NCBI GenBank assembly: GCA_012960115.1 | Contig: DUBX01000030.1 | Coordinates: 30,338 to 94,337, forward strand | DNA: 64,000 bases | Source of the DNA: Porticoccaceae bacterium | GTDB lineage: Bacteria; Pseudomonadota; Gammaproteobacteria; Pseudomonadales; Porticoccaceae | Reading direction: 5' to 3' | Shown: in pieces, positions 31,002 through 43,178 of the stretch | Layout: each line of letters opens with the position of its first letter | Position numbering within the stretch: the first letter of the stretch is position 1 | Notes under the pieces: model-generated | Databases searched by the model: none | The model's input: the letters and a program-made list of their open reading frames with translations, nothing else | What the model was told of the DNA's origin: nothing | Made by a program: the position numbers and the translations under genes

Positions 31002-31691
31002 TTATTTAGCCCAAAAGATCGATAAGGGCGCAACCTGCTGATTTAAAATCGCCCGAATAGGCAACTCAGTAATATCCTCACCGGCCTGAGCAGCCTGCAA
31101 GACATCCTGCTTACCAGCTCCGCTGATATGAATAATAATCTCCTGGCTGTTCAGCAGGCGCGGCAAAGTCAACGTCATTCGCTGATGAGGTGCTGCTGTT
31201 GGCGTTACTGCAATTGCAGTGCGGCCTGAATTCATGTCTAGCCCCAATGCCAAGGTCCCAGCGCCAGGGAATAACGATGCAGTGTGGCCGTCATCACCCA
31301 TTCCTAGAATCACTACCGTAAACTGACCCATCGGTTCGATATCGCTCTCAGACTGGATCTCACCCTCTGCCGCGTCCATGGCTGCATTTTTTAACGGTAT
31401 AAATTCTGCCCTGTGAGCCTCATTGATTAACAAATTCTTACGGACCAACTTTTCATTGCTATCGCTATGGTCAGCATCAACCCAGCGCTCATCCGCGAGT
31501 GTCACGACAACCTTAGACCAATCCAAAACCTGTTGAGATAGTAGATGAAAAAAGGCCAATGGCGTTCTGCCGCCGGATACAACTAAGGATGCCGCCCCTC
31601 TCTTCTTGATCGCACCGATCAAAAGCTCAGTCACCTTACTGACCAAAGCAGTATCTAGCGCAGAGGAATTTTCAAACTCTATTAGTTTCAT
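31002..31691 (-). CDS. pgl: 6-phosphogluconolactonase
   Basis: SGGRTP, DERWV, LGMGDDGHTASLFP, RMTLT. Confidence 0.95.
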   Translation of the reverse strand: MKLIEFENSSALDTALVSKVTELLIGAIKKRGAASLVVSGGRTPLAFFHLLSQQVLDWSKVVVTLADERWVDADHSDSNEKLVRKNLLINEAHRAEFIPLKNAAMDAAEGEIQSESDIEPMGQFTVVILGMGDDGHTASLFPGAGTLALGLDMNSGRTAIAVTPTAAPHQRMTLTLPRLLNSQEIIIHISGAGKQDVLQAAQAGEDITELPIRAILNQQVAPLSIFWAK

Positions 31692-31692
31692 A

Positions 31693-33150
31693 TCAGGTCT
31701 GATACCAACTTCGGTCATCATTCTCTATGAGCATTTCGGCCTTTGATGGCCCCCAGGAGCCTGCGCTGTAGCTTTTTGTACCAATGTTTTTATCTTTCCA
31801 GGTAGCTAGTAATTCATCACACCAACGCCAAGAAGCTTCGATTTCGTCTCGGCTAACAAACAACCACTGATCACCTTTGATAACTTCAAGAAATAAGCGC
31901 TCATACGCGTCGGCGATTCTTGACTCACCCGAAGAATCAAAAAAGTCCAAATTAAGCGTTCGCTTTTCCGTGCTCAACCGCTCTTTTAGACTTTGTTTTT
32001 TAGATACCATCTCCAACTGAATGCCTTCATTAGGCTGAAGTCGAATCACTAGCTTATTGTTGGCTTCACCTTCTGTTTCGGGAAACAATGAGTGAGGATT
32101 ATCCTTATACACAATGACAACCTGAGTGACTTTTTCTCTCATTCGTTTGCCTGTGCGCAGGTAAAACGGTACGCCCGCCCAACGCCAATTATCAACATGT
32201 ACTTTTAGGGCAACGTAAGTTTCATTATCACTACTGTCGCTTTCGCTACCCTCTTCTTCCATGTAACCAACGACGGGTGAGCCTTCAATCCAGCCGGCTG
32301 AGTACTGTCCACGTACTGCGTGATCTACAACATTGTTATCACAAATGGGTCTCAAAGCCCTTAATAATTTCACTTTTTCAGCACGTATTTCATCAGCTTG
32401 GAGAGAACTAGGCGGCTCCATAGCGACCATGCAAAGTAGTTGCAGAAGATGGTTTTGCACCATGTCACGCAACTGTCCAACCTTGTCGTAGTATGACCAA
32501 CGACCTTCTATGCCTACTGTTTCAGCCGCCGTAATCTGCACATGATCAATGCAACTATTATCCCACTGAGAATTAATCATTCGATTGGCAAAACGAAGTG
32601 CAAGTAAATTTTGCACGGTTTCCTTTCCAAGATAATGATCGATCCGATATATATTGCGTTCCGAAAAGTACTCGCCAACGGAACCATTAACCTGACCAGA
32701 GCTTTTCAAATCGTGCCCAATCGGTTTTTCCAGCACTATGCGTGAAGTTGCATTTACGCAGTTCGCGTCATGTAAATGCCTAGATATTGAACCGAACAAG
32801 CTCGGCGGAGTAGCCAAATAGTAAATAAGTGCGCGCTTCTCAACAACCCAATCCTTAAGCACTAAAAACTCTTTCTTTTGGGCGAAATCAATTTTTATAT
32901 AGGTAAGCCGCCGGCTAAATCCCTGCCACGCTTTTTCGTCGAAATCGTTATCAACATTTTCACCTTTAAGTAACTTAAGGGTATCGGCAATGAACCCAGC
33001 CGTATCTAGAACTTCTCGAGCGACGGCCGCGATGCGAACACTGTCGGCCAATAAGCCAGCTTTATGAAGTTGAAACAACGCGGGTAGCAATTTACGTCGT
33101 GCTAGGTCTCCTCGAGCGCCAAAAATTACCAAGTCAATATTACTGCTCAT
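31693..33150 (-). CDS. zwf: Glucose-6-phosphate 1-dehydrogenase
   Basis: GARGDLARRKL, RIDHYLGKE, GQLRDMVQNHL, WAGVPFYLRTGK. Confidence 0.97.
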   Translation of the reverse strand: MSSNIDLVIFGARGDLARRKLLPALFQLHKAGLLADSVRIAAVAREVLDTAGFIADTLKLLKGENVDNDFDEKAWQGFSRRLTYIKIDFAQKKEFLVLKDWVVEKRALIYYLATPPSLFGSISRHLHDANCVNATSRIVLEKPIGHDLKSSGQVNGSVGEYFSERNIYRIDHYLGKETVQNLLALRFANRMINSQWDNSCIDHVQITAAETVGIEGRWSYYDKVGQLRDMVQNHLLQLLCMVAMEPPSSLQADEIRAEKVKLLRALRPICDNNVVDHAVRGQYSAGWIEGSPVVGYMEEEGSESDSSDNETYVALKVHVDNWRWAGVPFYLRTGKRMREKVTQVVIVYKDNPHSLFPETEGEANNKLVIRLQPNEGIQLEMVSKKQSLKERLSTEKRTLNLDFFDSSGESRIADAYERLFLEVIKGDQWLFVSRDEIEASWRWCDELLATWKDKNIGTKSYSAGSWGPSKAEMLIENDDRSWYQT

Positions 33151-33216
33151 TTTCTACCTCAGTATTTAATCATCAGCCAACAATAAGCTGATAGAAAATT
33201 TATCACCAATTCCACT

Positions 33217-33837
33217 CTATCGTCCCGCAAGCACCGTTGCCTCTTGCGCTAATTTCTCGATGTCAGCCCAGCGTTTTTCTCGTATCAAAGTTGCTGCGGC
33301 AATCCAAGACCCACCAACACTCATAATATTATCTAAAACCAGGTAGTCTGCGACATTGTGTAAACCTATGCCACCTGTGGCGCAAAACCGAACGTCAGCA
33401 AAAGGTCCTGCAATCGACTTCAACATATTGACGCCACCAGAAGCTTCGGCGGGGAAAAATTTAAAGTCACTATGCCCATAGTCCAATCCCCTCATCAATT
33501 CGCTCACTGATGATACACCAGGCAGGAGCGGTATAGAGCAACCCTCAGCAGCCGCAAGCAGCCCGTCTGTGCTCCCAGGCGAAACCATAAACTGACACCC
33601 TATATCCTCAGACAGCGCAATCTGTTCTGCATTACAGACAGTTCCCGAGCCCACTATAACCCCAGGGACCTGTCTAATGATCTCCTTGATACCTTCAATT
33701 GCAGCCTCAGTTCTCAATGTGATTTCCAACACCTTCAAACCGCCAGCCAGCAACGCCTCAGCGAGAGGAACGGCATCCCTCACCCTGTCTAAGGTGATAA
33801 CGGGAATAATAGGACTCTCAGATAATAAATTTCGCAC
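33217..33837 (-). CDS. eda: KDPG aldolase
   Basis: LEITLRT, GSGTV, FMVSPG, KFFPAE, FCATGG; GTG start at 33837 follows AAGGAG. Confidence 0.94.
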   Translation of the reverse strand: MRNLLSESPIIPVITLDRVRDAVPLAEALLAGGLKVLEITLRTEAAIEGIKEIIRQVPGVIVGSGTVCNAEQIALSEDIGCQFMVSPGSTDGLLAAAEGCSIPLLPGVSSVSELMRGLDYGHSDFKFFPAEASGGVNMLKSIAGPFADVRFCATGGIGLHNVADYLVLDNIMSVGGSWIAAATLIREKRWADIEKLAQEATVLAGR

Positions 33838-33847
33838 TAACAACTCC

Positions 33848-34819
33848 TTAAAATTGCTGTATTTTTTTTGCAGCGCCAAGAAGGCCTAGGTTACTGCGAG
33901 TGACTAAATAGACCGGTATCGGTTGCAAGTAACTGACAAAACGACCTTTGTCCTCGAACTTGTTACGAAAACCACTCTTGATAAAAAATTCTTGAAAGCG
34001 CGGGATAACACCGCCGGCTATATAAATACCGCCTTTGGCGCCAAAGGTTAGAGCCAGATTACCCGCCGCGGCTCCGACACCTTCGCAAAACATATTAAGC
34101 GTTTGCAATGCTTTAGTATCACTATCATCTAAAGCCGCAGCGACCACTTCGGCCGGAGTTTCAAAAACAACATCATCATTTTCAATGCTACATAAAGCTG
34201 TATAAATATTGAGCAGACCTTTACCGGACAATAATCTCTCTAACGAAACACGCCCGAAACGTGCCCTGAGCGTATTAACCACAGCACTCTGCATATCATC
34301 TATGGGGGAATAATCGGCGTGGCCACCCTCAGTGTCGAGCACATGATAGCCTTTAGGGTGCGGCACTAAACAAGCTACTCCTAGACCAGTCCCAGCCCCC
34401 ATGATGCCAATGGCCTTGTTTGCAGCTGGTACCTCTCCACCGACCTGGACTAAATCAACCTCCGACAGCTCGGTAATACCATGAGCGACGGCCTCAAAAT
34501 CATTAATAATCATAAGGGTTTCGCACCCTACCAGGGCCTGTAATTCAGACTTTGTAAATATCCAATGACTATTGGTAAAGCTAATTATTTCACTGTCAGC
34601 TGGGCACGCAACTGCGAAACAGACGCTAGAAGGCGGGTTTCCCCAACCGGTCGCGCTTTTTATTTCCTGCAGTAAAATGACGATCAAATCCTCGAACTCA
34701 GGGTACTCTTCCACTGAATGATGAGATTCATACTGGCTTTCTAATTGCCCCTCTAAGAGCGCTGAAAACCTTGCATTAGTGCCGCCAATGTCAGCGACTA
34801 AAGTCCACTTTTGACTCAC
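33848..34819 (-). CDS. glk: Glucokinase
   Basis: ADIGGTNARF, INDFEA, GAGTGLG, EGGH, FEDKGRF. Confidence 0.95.
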   Translation of the reverse strand: MSQKWTLVADIGGTNARFSALLEGQLESQYESHHSVEEYPEFEDLIVILLQEIKSATGWGNPPSSVCFAVACPADSEIISFTNSHWIFTKSELQALVGCETLMIINDFEAVAHGITELSEVDLVQVGGEVPAANKAIGIMGAGTGLGVACLVPHPKGYHVLDTEGGHADYSPIDDMQSAVVNTLRARFGRVSLERLLSGKGLLNIYTALCSIENDDVVFETPAEVVAAALDDSDTKALQTLNMFCEGVGAAAGNLALTFGAKGGIYIAGGVIPRFQEFFIKSGFRNKFEDKGRFVSYLQPIPVYLVTRSNLGLLGAAKKIQQF

Positions 34820-34822
34820 CCT

Positions 34823-36646
34823 CTACTCTCCAGGAAACAGGTACGATGCACCTTGCTCCGCGTTACTTATATTCGCCCGGTTAACCGCAAACAATTCACG
34901 GCCACAACCACGCTGCCCAGCGACGGGCTGCTGTGCAGGCGTTCGGTTACTAATCTCATGAATATCGCCAACATAAGACAACTCTCCAGTGACGGCATTG
35001 ACTCGAATCAAATCACCATCTTGTAACTTGCTTAAAATGCCCCCACTTGCCGCTTCAGGCACTAAATGAATAGCCGCTGGCACTTTTCCAGAGGCCCCAG
35101 ACATGCGCCCATCAGTTACCAAAGCAACCTTATAGCCCTTATCCTGCAGCGTACCCAAAAAAGGCGTTAACTTGTGTAATTCGGGCATTCCTAATGCTTT
35201 AGGCCCTTGGAATCGAATCACAACAACACAATCTCGGTTTAATTTACCCGCTTTAAATAAGGGTTCTAAATGGTCTTGATCATCAATAACCACCGCAGGA
35301 GCTTCAACAATGCGGTGTTCAGTCGCAACCGCAGACACCTTAATAACGCCTCGGCCAAGGTTGCCGGTTAACAGACGGAGTCCGCCCTCTTCTGAAAATG
35401 GTTGATCTACCGTCGTTAAGACCTCTTTATCCAGCGGCGTCATGGGTGACTCGCGCCATATTATTTTGCCGCGATCTAAAAATGATTCTTGCGTGAAATC
35501 TGCAAAGCTATTACCCCAAATAGTTCTAGCATCTGCATGCATAAATCCACCTTCAATTAGCTGTCGGAACATACAGCTAGTACCGCCGGCAGCGTGAAAA
35601 TGATTCACATCAGCAGGCCCGTTTGGGTAGACCCGAGCAACTAAAGGCACGGCCGCCGACAACTCAGCTATATCGTCCCAATTTAGAATAATCCCTGCTG
35701 CACGAGCAATCGCCACAAGGTGCATTGTATGATTAGTAGATCCGCCTGAGGCGAGCAAGGCAATCGTTGCATTAACAATAGAACGCTCATCGACCAATTC
35801 ACCTACGGGGCGATAATCACCCCCTAATGCAGTAATGCGTGATAGCTGATGACTAGCCTCTATCGTCAAACGTTCGCGCATTGGGTCGCTTGGATTCACA
35901 AATGAACTCCCAGGCAGTTGAAGGCCAAGCGCTTCAAGTACCACCTGATTACTGTTTGCAGTGCCATAAAATGTGCAGGTGCCAGCGCTATGATAAGAGT
36001 CTGACTCTGCCTGTAAAAGCTCTTCACGGCCAATCTTGCCCTCGGCAAACAGCTGCCTAATTCTTATCTTTTCTTTATTACTTAGTCCCGACTCCATCGG
36101 GCCTGCGGGAACAAAAATAGCTGGTAAATAACCAAAGCTTAGAACCCCGATTAATAAGCCAGGTACTATCTTGTCACAAATACCTAAGGCCAAAACACCA
36201 TCAAACATCTGATGGGATAGAGCAATTGCGGTGCATTGGGCAATGATGTCTCGACTGAGCAGGCTCAATTCCATACCATCTTGACCCTGAGTCACACCAT
36301 CGCACATAGCAGGTACGCCACCAGCAACCTGCGCGGTACCACCTACCTCTCGCATAGCTCGCTTAATAAGCTCAGGATATTCTGCGTAAGGGTGGTGAGC
36401 CGACAACATGTCATTGTAAGCTGTAACAATTCCGACGTTGGCGGCTTGCATTAGTCTTAGACTATCTTTGTCACTATCGCCGCAGGCGGCAAATCCATGC
36501 GCAAGATTACCGCAGCTCAACTTGCCTCTCTCCGGCTGATTATTACGATCTTCCGCAATTTGTGCTAAATAATCAGCACGTAAAGTCCCACTGCGCTCTA
36601 TAATACGCTCTGTGACTGCAGCAACTTGAAAATTAAGTTGGCCCAT
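34823..36646 (-). CDS. edd: 6-phosphogluconate dehydratase
   Basis: LSCGNLAHGFAA, CDGVTQG, CDKIVPG, GMPELHKL, TDGRMSGASG. Confidence 0.97.
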   Translation of the reverse strand: MGQLNFQVAAVTERIIERSGTLRADYLAQIAEDRNNQPERGKLSCGNLAHGFAACGDSDKDSLRLMQAANVGIVTAYNDMLSAHHPYAEYPELIKRAMREVGGTAQVAGGVPAMCDGVTQGQDGMELSLLSRDIIAQCTAIALSHQMFDGVLALGICDKIVPGLLIGVLSFGYLPAIFVPAGPMESGLSNKEKIRIRQLFAEGKIGREELLQAESDSYHSAGTCTFYGTANSNQVVLEALGLQLPGSSFVNPSDPMRERLTIEASHQLSRITALGGDYRPVGELVDERSIVNATIALLASGGSTNHTMHLVAIARAAGIILNWDDIAELSAAVPLVARVYPNGPADVNHFHAAGGTSCMFRQLIEGGFMHADARTIWGNSFADFTQESFLDRGKIIWRESPMTPLDKEVLTTVDQPFSEEGGLRLLTGNLGRGVIKVSAVATEHRIVEAPAVVIDDQDHLEPLFKAGKLNRDCVVVIRFQGPKALGMPELHKLTPFLGTLQDKGYKVALVTDGRMSGASGKVPAAIHLVPEAASGGILSKLQDGDLIRVNAVTGELSYVGDIHEISNRTPAQQPVAGQRGCGRELFAVNRANISNAEQGASYLFPGE

Positions 36647-36673
36647 AATGACTCCGAAAAGGTTAAGGCGTAT

Positions 36674-36688
36674 TGTAACTAAATTACA
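36674..36688. promoter_or_regulatory. HexR operator, edd-proximal
   Basis: TGTAACTAAATTACA fits the TGTA-N7-TACA HexR palindrome. Confidence 0.8.
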
Positions 36689-36726
36689 TCATAAGGTCAC
36701 ATTTAATCAAAAATAAAGCCAATAAC

Positions 36727-36741
36727 TGTAATTTTATTACA
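36727..36741. promoter_or_regulatory. HexR operator next to the putative pgi -35 (TTGACC at 36746)
   Basis: TGTAATTTTATTACA, near-perfect palindrome. Confidence 0.82.
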
Positions 36742-36831
36742 TATATTGACCGCTAAATACGATGGAAAGTAATATTTGGCCAGCAAATTTACCCTTTTAT
36801 CAGATAGCCTGAAATAGGAATAAGATACTCC

Positions 36832-38427
36832 ATGAAAGATAATATGTACTCACCAACCGCCACCGCAGCCTGGTCGACACTAACATCATTGGCGGCCAGC
36901 ATGAACAGTCAGACCATTCAGGATTTTTTCCATTCAGACCCCAAACGTGCCAATCAAATGACATTACAGGTCAACGAATTACTTCTTGATTATTCAAAAA
37001 ATCTAGTCAGTAATGAGATTTTCCAGCAATTATTAGCTCTGGCTGAACAGTCCAATCTTAAAGCGCACCGCACTGCCATGTTTGCCGGCGAAGTCATCAA
37101 TACCACGGAAGATCGTGCTGTTCTCCATGCCGCGCTGAGAGCAGAGCCTGAAGATACAACCTCACCCGAGGATCTGGAAAGAAATAGCCTAGTCAAGGCG
37201 CAGCTAGAGCAGATGCGACTAGTCAGCGAAAAAATTCGCAATGGCCAATGGCAGGGCTCTACCGGGAAAAAAATTACCGATGTCATTAACATCGGGATCG
37301 GCGGCTCAGACTTAGGCCCAAAACTGGCTTGCAATGGCCTGAATGAATACGCTCACCCCGACATTAAGCTGCATTTTATTTCAAATGTTGACGGCGCTGA
37401 GATCCTGTCAACCTTGGCTAAACTCAATCCAGAGACAACCCTTGTTGCACTGGCCAGTAAAACCTTCACCACTCAAGAGACATTACTGAATGCCAAGACG
37501 GTCATTCACTGGTTTGAGCGAACTTTAGGCTTGGCGCAGGCGCAGACCTCCAGTCATTTCATCGGTCTAACGGCGAACAAAGCGAATGCCGTTGCTTATG
37601 GCATCCCCGAATCACAAATTTTGGGGTTCGCGGAATGGGTCGGGGGCCGTTATTCACTCTGGTCAAGCATAGGGTTGTCTATAGCCATCAGTATTGGCTT
37701 TGACGGATTTGTGGAGATGCTTAGGGGTGCGCGAGAAATGGATATACACTTTCAGCAGGCACCATTGGACCAAAACATGCCTGTCATCATGGCCTTACTG
37801 GGTGTCTGGTACAGTAATTTCATGGGAGCCCAATCTAGCGCCGTAATCCCTTACTGCGAGCGCCTACTGCTTCTCCCCTCCTATCTACAGCAACTAGATA
37901 TGGAAAGTAACGGCAAGGCAACCACACTGCAAGGGAAGGCCACAGACTACGATACGGGTCCCATTATTTGGGGACAAACGGGCACTAATGGTCAACACGC
38001 GTTTTTCCAACTGCTACATCAAGGGACACGATTGGTTCCAATTGACTTTATAGCTGCGGTTAAAGACGGCCTCAGCAATGAGGAACATCACCGCGTTTTA
38101 TTAGGTAATATGCTTGGTCAGTCTGCCGCTCTAATGACGGGGCAATCGGCTCCGGAGGCGGAGCAACATCGATATTATCCAGGAAATAAGCCATCAAATA
38201 CCTTGTTAATAGATAGATTATCACCTAAAAACTTTGGCGCTTTGATCGCCCTTTATGAGCATAAGGTGTTTGTGCAGGGCAGTATTTGGAACATCAACTG
38301 TTTCGATCAGTGGGGTGTTGAGCTGGGTAAGAAAATGGCCAACAAATTGTTAGATGACAATCTCGATAGGACTACATTGGATCCCTCATCTCAGAGCTTG
38401 TTTGAGCACATTGATAGGATTAAGTAG
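36832..38427 (+). CDS. pgi: Glucose-6-phosphate isomerase
   Basis: [53 protein letters not shown]. Confidence 0.97.
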   Translation: MKDNMYSPTATAAWSTLTSLAASMNSQTIQDFFHSDPKRANQMTLQVNELLLDYSKNLVSNEIFQQLLALAEQSNLKAHRTAMFAGEVINTTEDRAVLHAALRAEPEDTTSPEDLERNSLVKAQLEQMRLVSEKIRNGQWQGSTGKKITDVINIGIGGSDLGPKLACNGLNEYAHPDIKLHFISNVDGAEILSTLAKLNPETTLVALASKTFTTQETLLNAKTVIHWFERTLGLAQAQTSSHFIGLTANKANAVAYGIPESQILGFAEWVGGRYSLWSSIGLSIAISIGFDGFVEMLRGAREMDIHFQQAPLDQNMPVIMALLGVWYSNFMGAQSSAVIPYCERLLLLPSYLQQLDMESNGKATTLQGKATDYDTGPIIWGQTGTNGQHAFFQLLHQGTRLVPIDFIAAVKDGLSNEEHHRVLLGNMLGQSAALMTGQSAPEAEQHRYYPGNKPSNTLLIDRLSPKNFGALIALYEHKVFVQGSIWNINCFDQWGVELGKKMANKLLDDNLDRTTLDPSSQSLFEHIDRIK

Positions 38428-39385
38428 AGGATCCAGGTGCGGCCACTCCAGGTGGTCGCAGCTCTTTAGGCAGAGAGAAGCTAACATTTTCTTCAACCCC
38501 TTTAAGCTCCTGAGGTGGCATCGCACCAAAACTGACCAGTTGGGCAACTACCCCATGAACCAGCACTTCAGGCGCCGATGCCCCTGCTGTAACGCCAACT
38601 GTCCTTGCATCGTCAAACCACCGAGAATCTATATCTTCAGGCCCATCAATGAGGTAAGCGGCGCAACCACAACGTTCGGCTAACTCTTTAAGCCGGTTAG
38701 AATTAGAACTGGCCACCGAGCCTACAACCAAAACCACATCAGACTCTATTGCCAACTGTTTCACTGCGTCTTGTCTATTTTGAGTGGCATAACAAATATC
38801 ATCTTTGCGCGGGCCTTGAATATCAGGAAATCTCAACCGCAAAGCCTCAATCACACCAGCCGTATCGTCCATAGAAAGAGTCGTCTGCGTAACATAAGCC
38901 AACTTAGAGGGATCTCTTACCTCAAGCGCCAACACATCATTTTGATCTTCGACAAGGTGTATTGCGCCCCCTTGTAATTTATCAAACTGCCCCATTGTTC
39001 CTTCCACTTCAGGATGGCCTGCGTGCCCGATCAGAACGCAATCAATCCCATCGGTACTGTATTTTATCACCTCAAAATGGACTTTAGTGACCAAAGGGCA
39101 TGTCGCATCAAAAACCTTAAGGCTGCGATCTTCTGCCTCTTTACGCACCGACTGAGAGACACCATGAGCACTAAATATAACAATCACATCATCGGGAACC
39201 TCATTCAGTTCCTCAACGAAAATAGCACCTCTAGACCGCAGGTTATCAACCACAAATTTATTGTGCACCACCTCGTGCCTAACATAGATAGGGGCACCAA
39301 AAAGAACGAGAGCACGATCAACAATATCAATCGCACGATCAACGCCAGCGCAAAAACCTCTAGGATTGGCGAGCTTAATATCCAT
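38420..39385 (-). CDS. ispH: HMBPP reductase
   Basis: [39 protein letters not shown]. Confidence 0.97.
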   Translation of the reverse strand: MDIKLANPRGFCAGVDRAIDIVDRALVLFGAPIYVRHEVVHNKFVVDNLRSRGAIFVEELNEVPDDVIVIFSAHGVSQSVRKEAEDRSLKVFDATCPLVTKVHFEVIKYSTDGIDCVLIGHAGHPEVEGTMGQFDKLQGGAIHLVEDQNDVLALEVRDPSKLAYVTQTTLSMDDTAGVIEALRLRFPDIQGPRKDDICYATQNRQDAVKQLAIESDVVLVVGSVASSNSNRLKELAERCGCAAYLIDGPEDIDSRWFDDARTVGVTAGASAPEVLVHGVVAQLVSFGAMPPQELKGVEENVSFSLPKELRPPGVAAPGSST

Positions 39386-39825
39386 CAGTGTAAACTCTCT
39401 GGAGCAACATCAATTATGCGGACTTGAAAAATAATATTCTTTCCTGCTAGCGGATGGTTAAAGTCGATCAGAGCTCGATCATCGTTAATCTCAACGATAA
39501 CCCCCGGTAGCTCCCCATCGCCATTTTGAAAGGAAAACATCGCACCAACTTCTATCTCTTTCTGATCAAAATTACTACGATCTACTTCCTGCACATTTTG
39601 GGGATTATGCTGACCAAAAGCATTTTCTGGGGCAATAGTGAACTCGCGCTCATCACCAACAACTAACCCCATCAAAGAAGACTCAAACCCCGGCAGCAAA
39701 TTTCCGTCGCCTACCGTAAAGGTGGCCGCTTTTGCCTCAAAATTTGAGTCTATAACATGGCCATCCTCAAGCACTAACGCAAAATGCAAAGTAACTATGG
39801 TTCCACTGTCTACTGATAATGTCAT
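39385..39825 (-). CDS. fkpB: FKBP-type PPIase SlpA/FkpB
   Basis: [24 protein letters not shown]; between lspA and ispH. Confidence 0.92.
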   Translation of the reverse strand: MTLSVDSGTIVTLHFALVLEDGHVIDSNFEAKAATFTVGDGNLLPGFESSLMGLVVGDEREFTIAPENAFGQHNPQNVQEVDRSNFDQKEIEVGAMFSFQNGDGELPGVIVEINDDRALIDFNHPLAGKNIIFQVRIIDVAPESLH

Positions 39826-39832
39826 ATCAAGC

Positions 39833-40333
39833 CTAAATTTTAAAATCTTGGTTAGATACAAACGTATCTAATATTAATAAGAATGCACCAACGGTAATCC
39901 CACTGTCGGCAACATTAAACGCAGGAAAATGCGAGCCAGACCAATGGAAGTCTAGAAAATCAACCACGTAACCTAAAAAGGCTCGATCATAGAGATTGCC
40001 CAAAGCCCCACCCAATATTAGCGCCAAGGCGAGGCTCTCTAGCCAACGCTGCCGAGATAAGCGAGTCATCCACACAATGATAATGACACTGACTATGGAC
40101 GACAAAGCCGTGAAGAACCAACGCTGCCACCCCCCTGCATCACTTAAGAAACTAAAGGCAGCACCATAATTATGCACATGCACTAAGTTAAAGAAATCGG
40201 TTATTACCTCACCCTGCCCGTAGGGAAAGTCAGCCACTATCCATGCTTTTGTTAGCTGGTCAGCTGCGACAATGAATGCCGCTAACATAAACCACATAAG
40301 CCTATATGGCATGATACTTTCAGACTTAGGCAT
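39833..40333 (-). CDS. lspA: Lipoprotein signal peptidase
   Basis: [38 protein letters not shown]; start MPKS overlaps the ileS stop. Confidence 0.95.
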   Translation of the reverse strand: MPKSESIMPYRLMWFMLAAFIVAADQLTKAWIVADFPYGQGEVITDFFNLVHVHNYGAAFSFLSDAGGWQRWFFTALSSIVSVIIIVWMTRLSRQRWLESLALALILGGALGNLYDRAFLGYVVDFLDFHWSGSHFPAFNVADSGITVGAFLLILDTFVSNQDFKI

Positions 40334-43160
40334 GAGATCGAGTCTCTCCAACGCCACTGATATTATCGATGCAGCGTCCGCAAACCTCTGAATGATCTGC
40401 CTGGGTACCGACATCTTCAATAAAATGCCAGCAGCGAACGCACTTGGTCGCTGTCGAGTGAGATACCGCGACTCTCAAACCGCCAAGAGGCGACTCTTGA
40501 AGATCAGCAGCATCAGACAACGGTGAAAGCACAGCTTTTGAAGTAATCGTGACAAAACGTAACTCATCGCCTAGTTTCGCAAGCGTTTTATATAGAGCTT
40601 GATCGGCATATACGGCGATTTCAGCGCTGAGAGATCCTTTAATAGCGCCCTCTTTTCTCTGATCTTCGATAACCTTATTGATCGCTTCTTTGGCCAACAA
40701 AATAGATGCCCAGTCATCATTGCTAATTGTTTCCTTACTGGTCAACCTAGGCAGCGGATACCATTCGGCGACAAATACAGACTCACTTCGATCCCCAGGC
40801 ATAAAGCTCCAGATTTCATGAGCAGTAAAGCTTAGTATCGGTGCGATCCAGCGGACAAATGCCTCAGCAATATGAAAAAGAGCCGTTTGAGCTGAGCGTC
40901 TAGGCAGGCTATCTTCAGCACAGGTATAAATCCGATCTTTAATAATATCCAGATAAAAACCACCCATATCACGGACACAGAAGTTGTGTAATTTTTGATA
41001 TATTTGATGGAATTGGAAATTATTATAATCGCTAATAATATCGTCCTGAAGCTGGGCGGCACAATCAATTGCCCAGCGATCAAGAGCTATTAAGTCCTCG
41101 TGTTTAACCGCGTGAAAAGACGGATCGAAACCATCGATATTAGATAGGAAATAACGCGCCGTATTACGAATACGACGATAGGAATCGCCTGCTCGATTAA
41201 GTATCTCATCAGATACCGTCATCTCTGCACTAAAGTCGGCTGAGGCAACCCAGAGGCGCAAAACATCGGCGCCTAGTTCATTGATAACTTTTTGTGGTGA
41301 TACCACATTGCCAATTGACTTGGACATCTTGCGTCCGTTTTCATCGACCGTAAATCCGTGGGTTAAAACTGCTTTGTACGGCGCCGTGCCGTTGATTGCA
41401 ATCGCAGTCTTCAAGGAAGACTGGAACCAACCTCTATGTTGATCTGAGCCCTCCAAATAAAGATCTGCTGGGTAGCTAAGCTCTTCACGATCATCAATGA
41501 CAGAGGCATGAGTCACGCCAGAATCAAACCAAACATCAAGAGTGTCGGTGACTTTTTGATAATCTTCCGCATCAGCACCTAATAAGTCTGCTGCGTCTAG
41601 AGAATACCAAGCATCAATGCCTTGAGTTTCAACAATACAAGCCACATTTTCGATCAAACTAGCCGTATCTGGATGAATCTCTCCGGACTGCTTATGGACA
41701 AACAGCGTGATCGGAACTCCCCAGGTGCGTTGCCGAGAGACACACCAATCGGGACTGTTATCTAACATACCTTCAATGCGCGCCTCACCCCAATCAGGGT
41801 GCCAGCTCACATTTTTAATCGCAGCTTTAGCTTTATCCAATAAGCCTTCCTTGTCCATAGAGATAAACCACTGAGGCGTTGCTCTGTAGATCAAAGGTGT
41901 TTTGGTCCGCCAACAATGAGCGTAGCTATGCGTGATCTTACCGCAAGCCATTAGCCTACCCTGCTCAGTTAACACGTCGATAACATGCTGATCGACTTTA
42001 TAGACATGCTCTCCGGCAAACAGCTCAACATCGTCCCGAAAAGTACCATTGTCGATGATATAATTTAAGGTACCGATACCATACTGTTTAGCTACATTGA
42101 AATCTTCCACGCCATGGTCTGGTGCCGTGTGCACGCACCCTGTGCCCGCTTCTGTAGTGACATGATCACCCAGCAACACAGGAATCTTGCGATCATAAAA
42201 GGGATGATCAGCGACCAGCTTTTCAAGAGCCTCGCCCTGGCAACTTGCCAACACTTTATAGTCTGCAATCTCTAGACGCTCCATCACTGACTCGAGCAAT
42301 AGCTGAGAGCAGATTAAACGCACAGAACCAGAGGCTGTTGCGCACTGCACCAAACTGTATTCCAACTCTGCGCCCATTGATATCGCCTGACTACTTGGAA
42401 TAGTCCAAGGCGTTGTGGTCCAGATTAAAACATTAATTTCACCTTCACCAGACAGCCCACCAAAGGCAACAGACAACTTATCCAGCTGTTTGGAATCAGT
42501 CACCGGATAGGCGACGTCGATAGAAAATGACGTTTTATCTTGATACTCAACCTCAGCCTCAGCCAGAGCTGACCCGCCGACAACACTCCAGTAAACCGGC
42601 TTGTATCCCTTGACCAAATGACCATTAGCGGTGATCTTACCCAGTGCTCGAATAATATCCGCCTCAACACCAAAATTCATCGTCAGGTAGGGTCGATCCC
42701 AATCTCCAAAAACACCAATACGAACAAAATCTTTACGCTGGCCATCAACCTGTTTCATTGCATAATCGCGACACTTTTGTCGAAAAACAGAATAATCGAC
42801 TTTGACTCCAGCCTTACCAATCTTCTTTTCTACATTGTGCTCAATTGGCAACCCATGGCAATCCCACCCAGGGATATAAGGCGCATCGAAACCACTCATA
42901 GTACGAGACTTCACGACTATATCTTTTAAGGTCTTATTAACCGCATGACCCAAATGAATATCACCATTAGCATAGGGAGGACCATCGTGAAGAATATATT
43001 TCTCACGCCCAGATCGAGCCTTTCTTATTTGCCCGTAAATATCTTTCTCGTGCCATTCTTTTAAGATGCCGGGTTCTCTATGTGACAAATTGGCACGCAT
43101 CGGGAAATCCGTTTTCGGTAGATTTAGCGTTGCTTTATAATCTATTGTTTGGTCGCTCAT
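40326..43160 (-). CDS. ileS: Isoleucine-tRNA ligase
   Basis: HLGH (HIGH), [14 protein letters not shown]-terminal CVRCW..CGRC zinc finger. Confidence 0.98.
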   Translation of the reverse strand: MSDQTIDYKATLNLPKTDFPMRANLSHREPGILKEWHEKDIYGQIRKARSGREKYILHDGPPYANGDIHLGHAVNKTLKDIVVKSRTMSGFDAPYIPGWDCHGLPIEHNVEKKIGKAGVKVDYSVFRQKCRDYAMKQVDGQRKDFVRIGVFGDWDRPYLTMNFGVEADIIRALGKITANGHLVKGYKPVYWSVVGGSALAEAEVEYQDKTSFSIDVAYPVTDSKQLDKLSVAFGGLSGEGEINVLIWTTTPWTIPSSQAISMGAELEYSLVQCATASGSVRLICSQLLLESVMERLEIADYKVLASCQGEALEKLVADHPFYDRKIPVLLGDHVTTEAGTGCVHTAPDHGVEDFNVAKQYGIGTLNYIIDNGTFRDDVELFAGEHVYKVDQHVIDVLTEQGRLMACGKITHSYAHCWRTKTPLIYRATPQWFISMDKEGLLDKAKAAIKNVSWHPDWGEARIEGMLDNSPDWCVSRQRTWGVPITLFVHKQSGEIHPDTASLIENVACIVETQGIDAWYSLDAADLLGADAEDYQKVTDTLDVWFDSGVTHASVIDDREELSYPADLYLEGSDQHRGWFQSSLKTAIAINGTAPYKAVLTHGFTVDENGRKMSKSIGNVVSPQKVINELGADVLRLWVASADFSAEMTVSDEILNRAGDSYRRIRNTARYFLSNIDGFDPSFHAVKHEDLIALDRWAIDCAAQLQDDIISDYNNFQFHQIYQKLHNFCVRDMGGFYLDIIKDRIYTCAEDSLPRRSAQTALFHIAEAFVRWIAPILSFTAHEIWSFMPGDRSESVFVAEWYPLPRLTSKETISNDDWASILLAKEAINKVIEDQRKEGAIKGSLSAEIAVYADQALYKTLAKLGDELRFVTITSKAVLSPLSDAADLQESPLGGLRVAVSHSTATKCVRCWHFIEDVGTQADHSEVCGRCIDNISGVGETRSHA

Positions 43161-43178
43161 TTTCAGCCTTAAGGTCTA

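Noticed and set aside
39833-40420. N-terminally extended LspA (and similar extensions on FkpB, Acs, Eda, Pgl, RibF, NadE)
   Set aside because: ORF-caller artefacts from upstream start codons; downstream starts fit SD and overlap patterns
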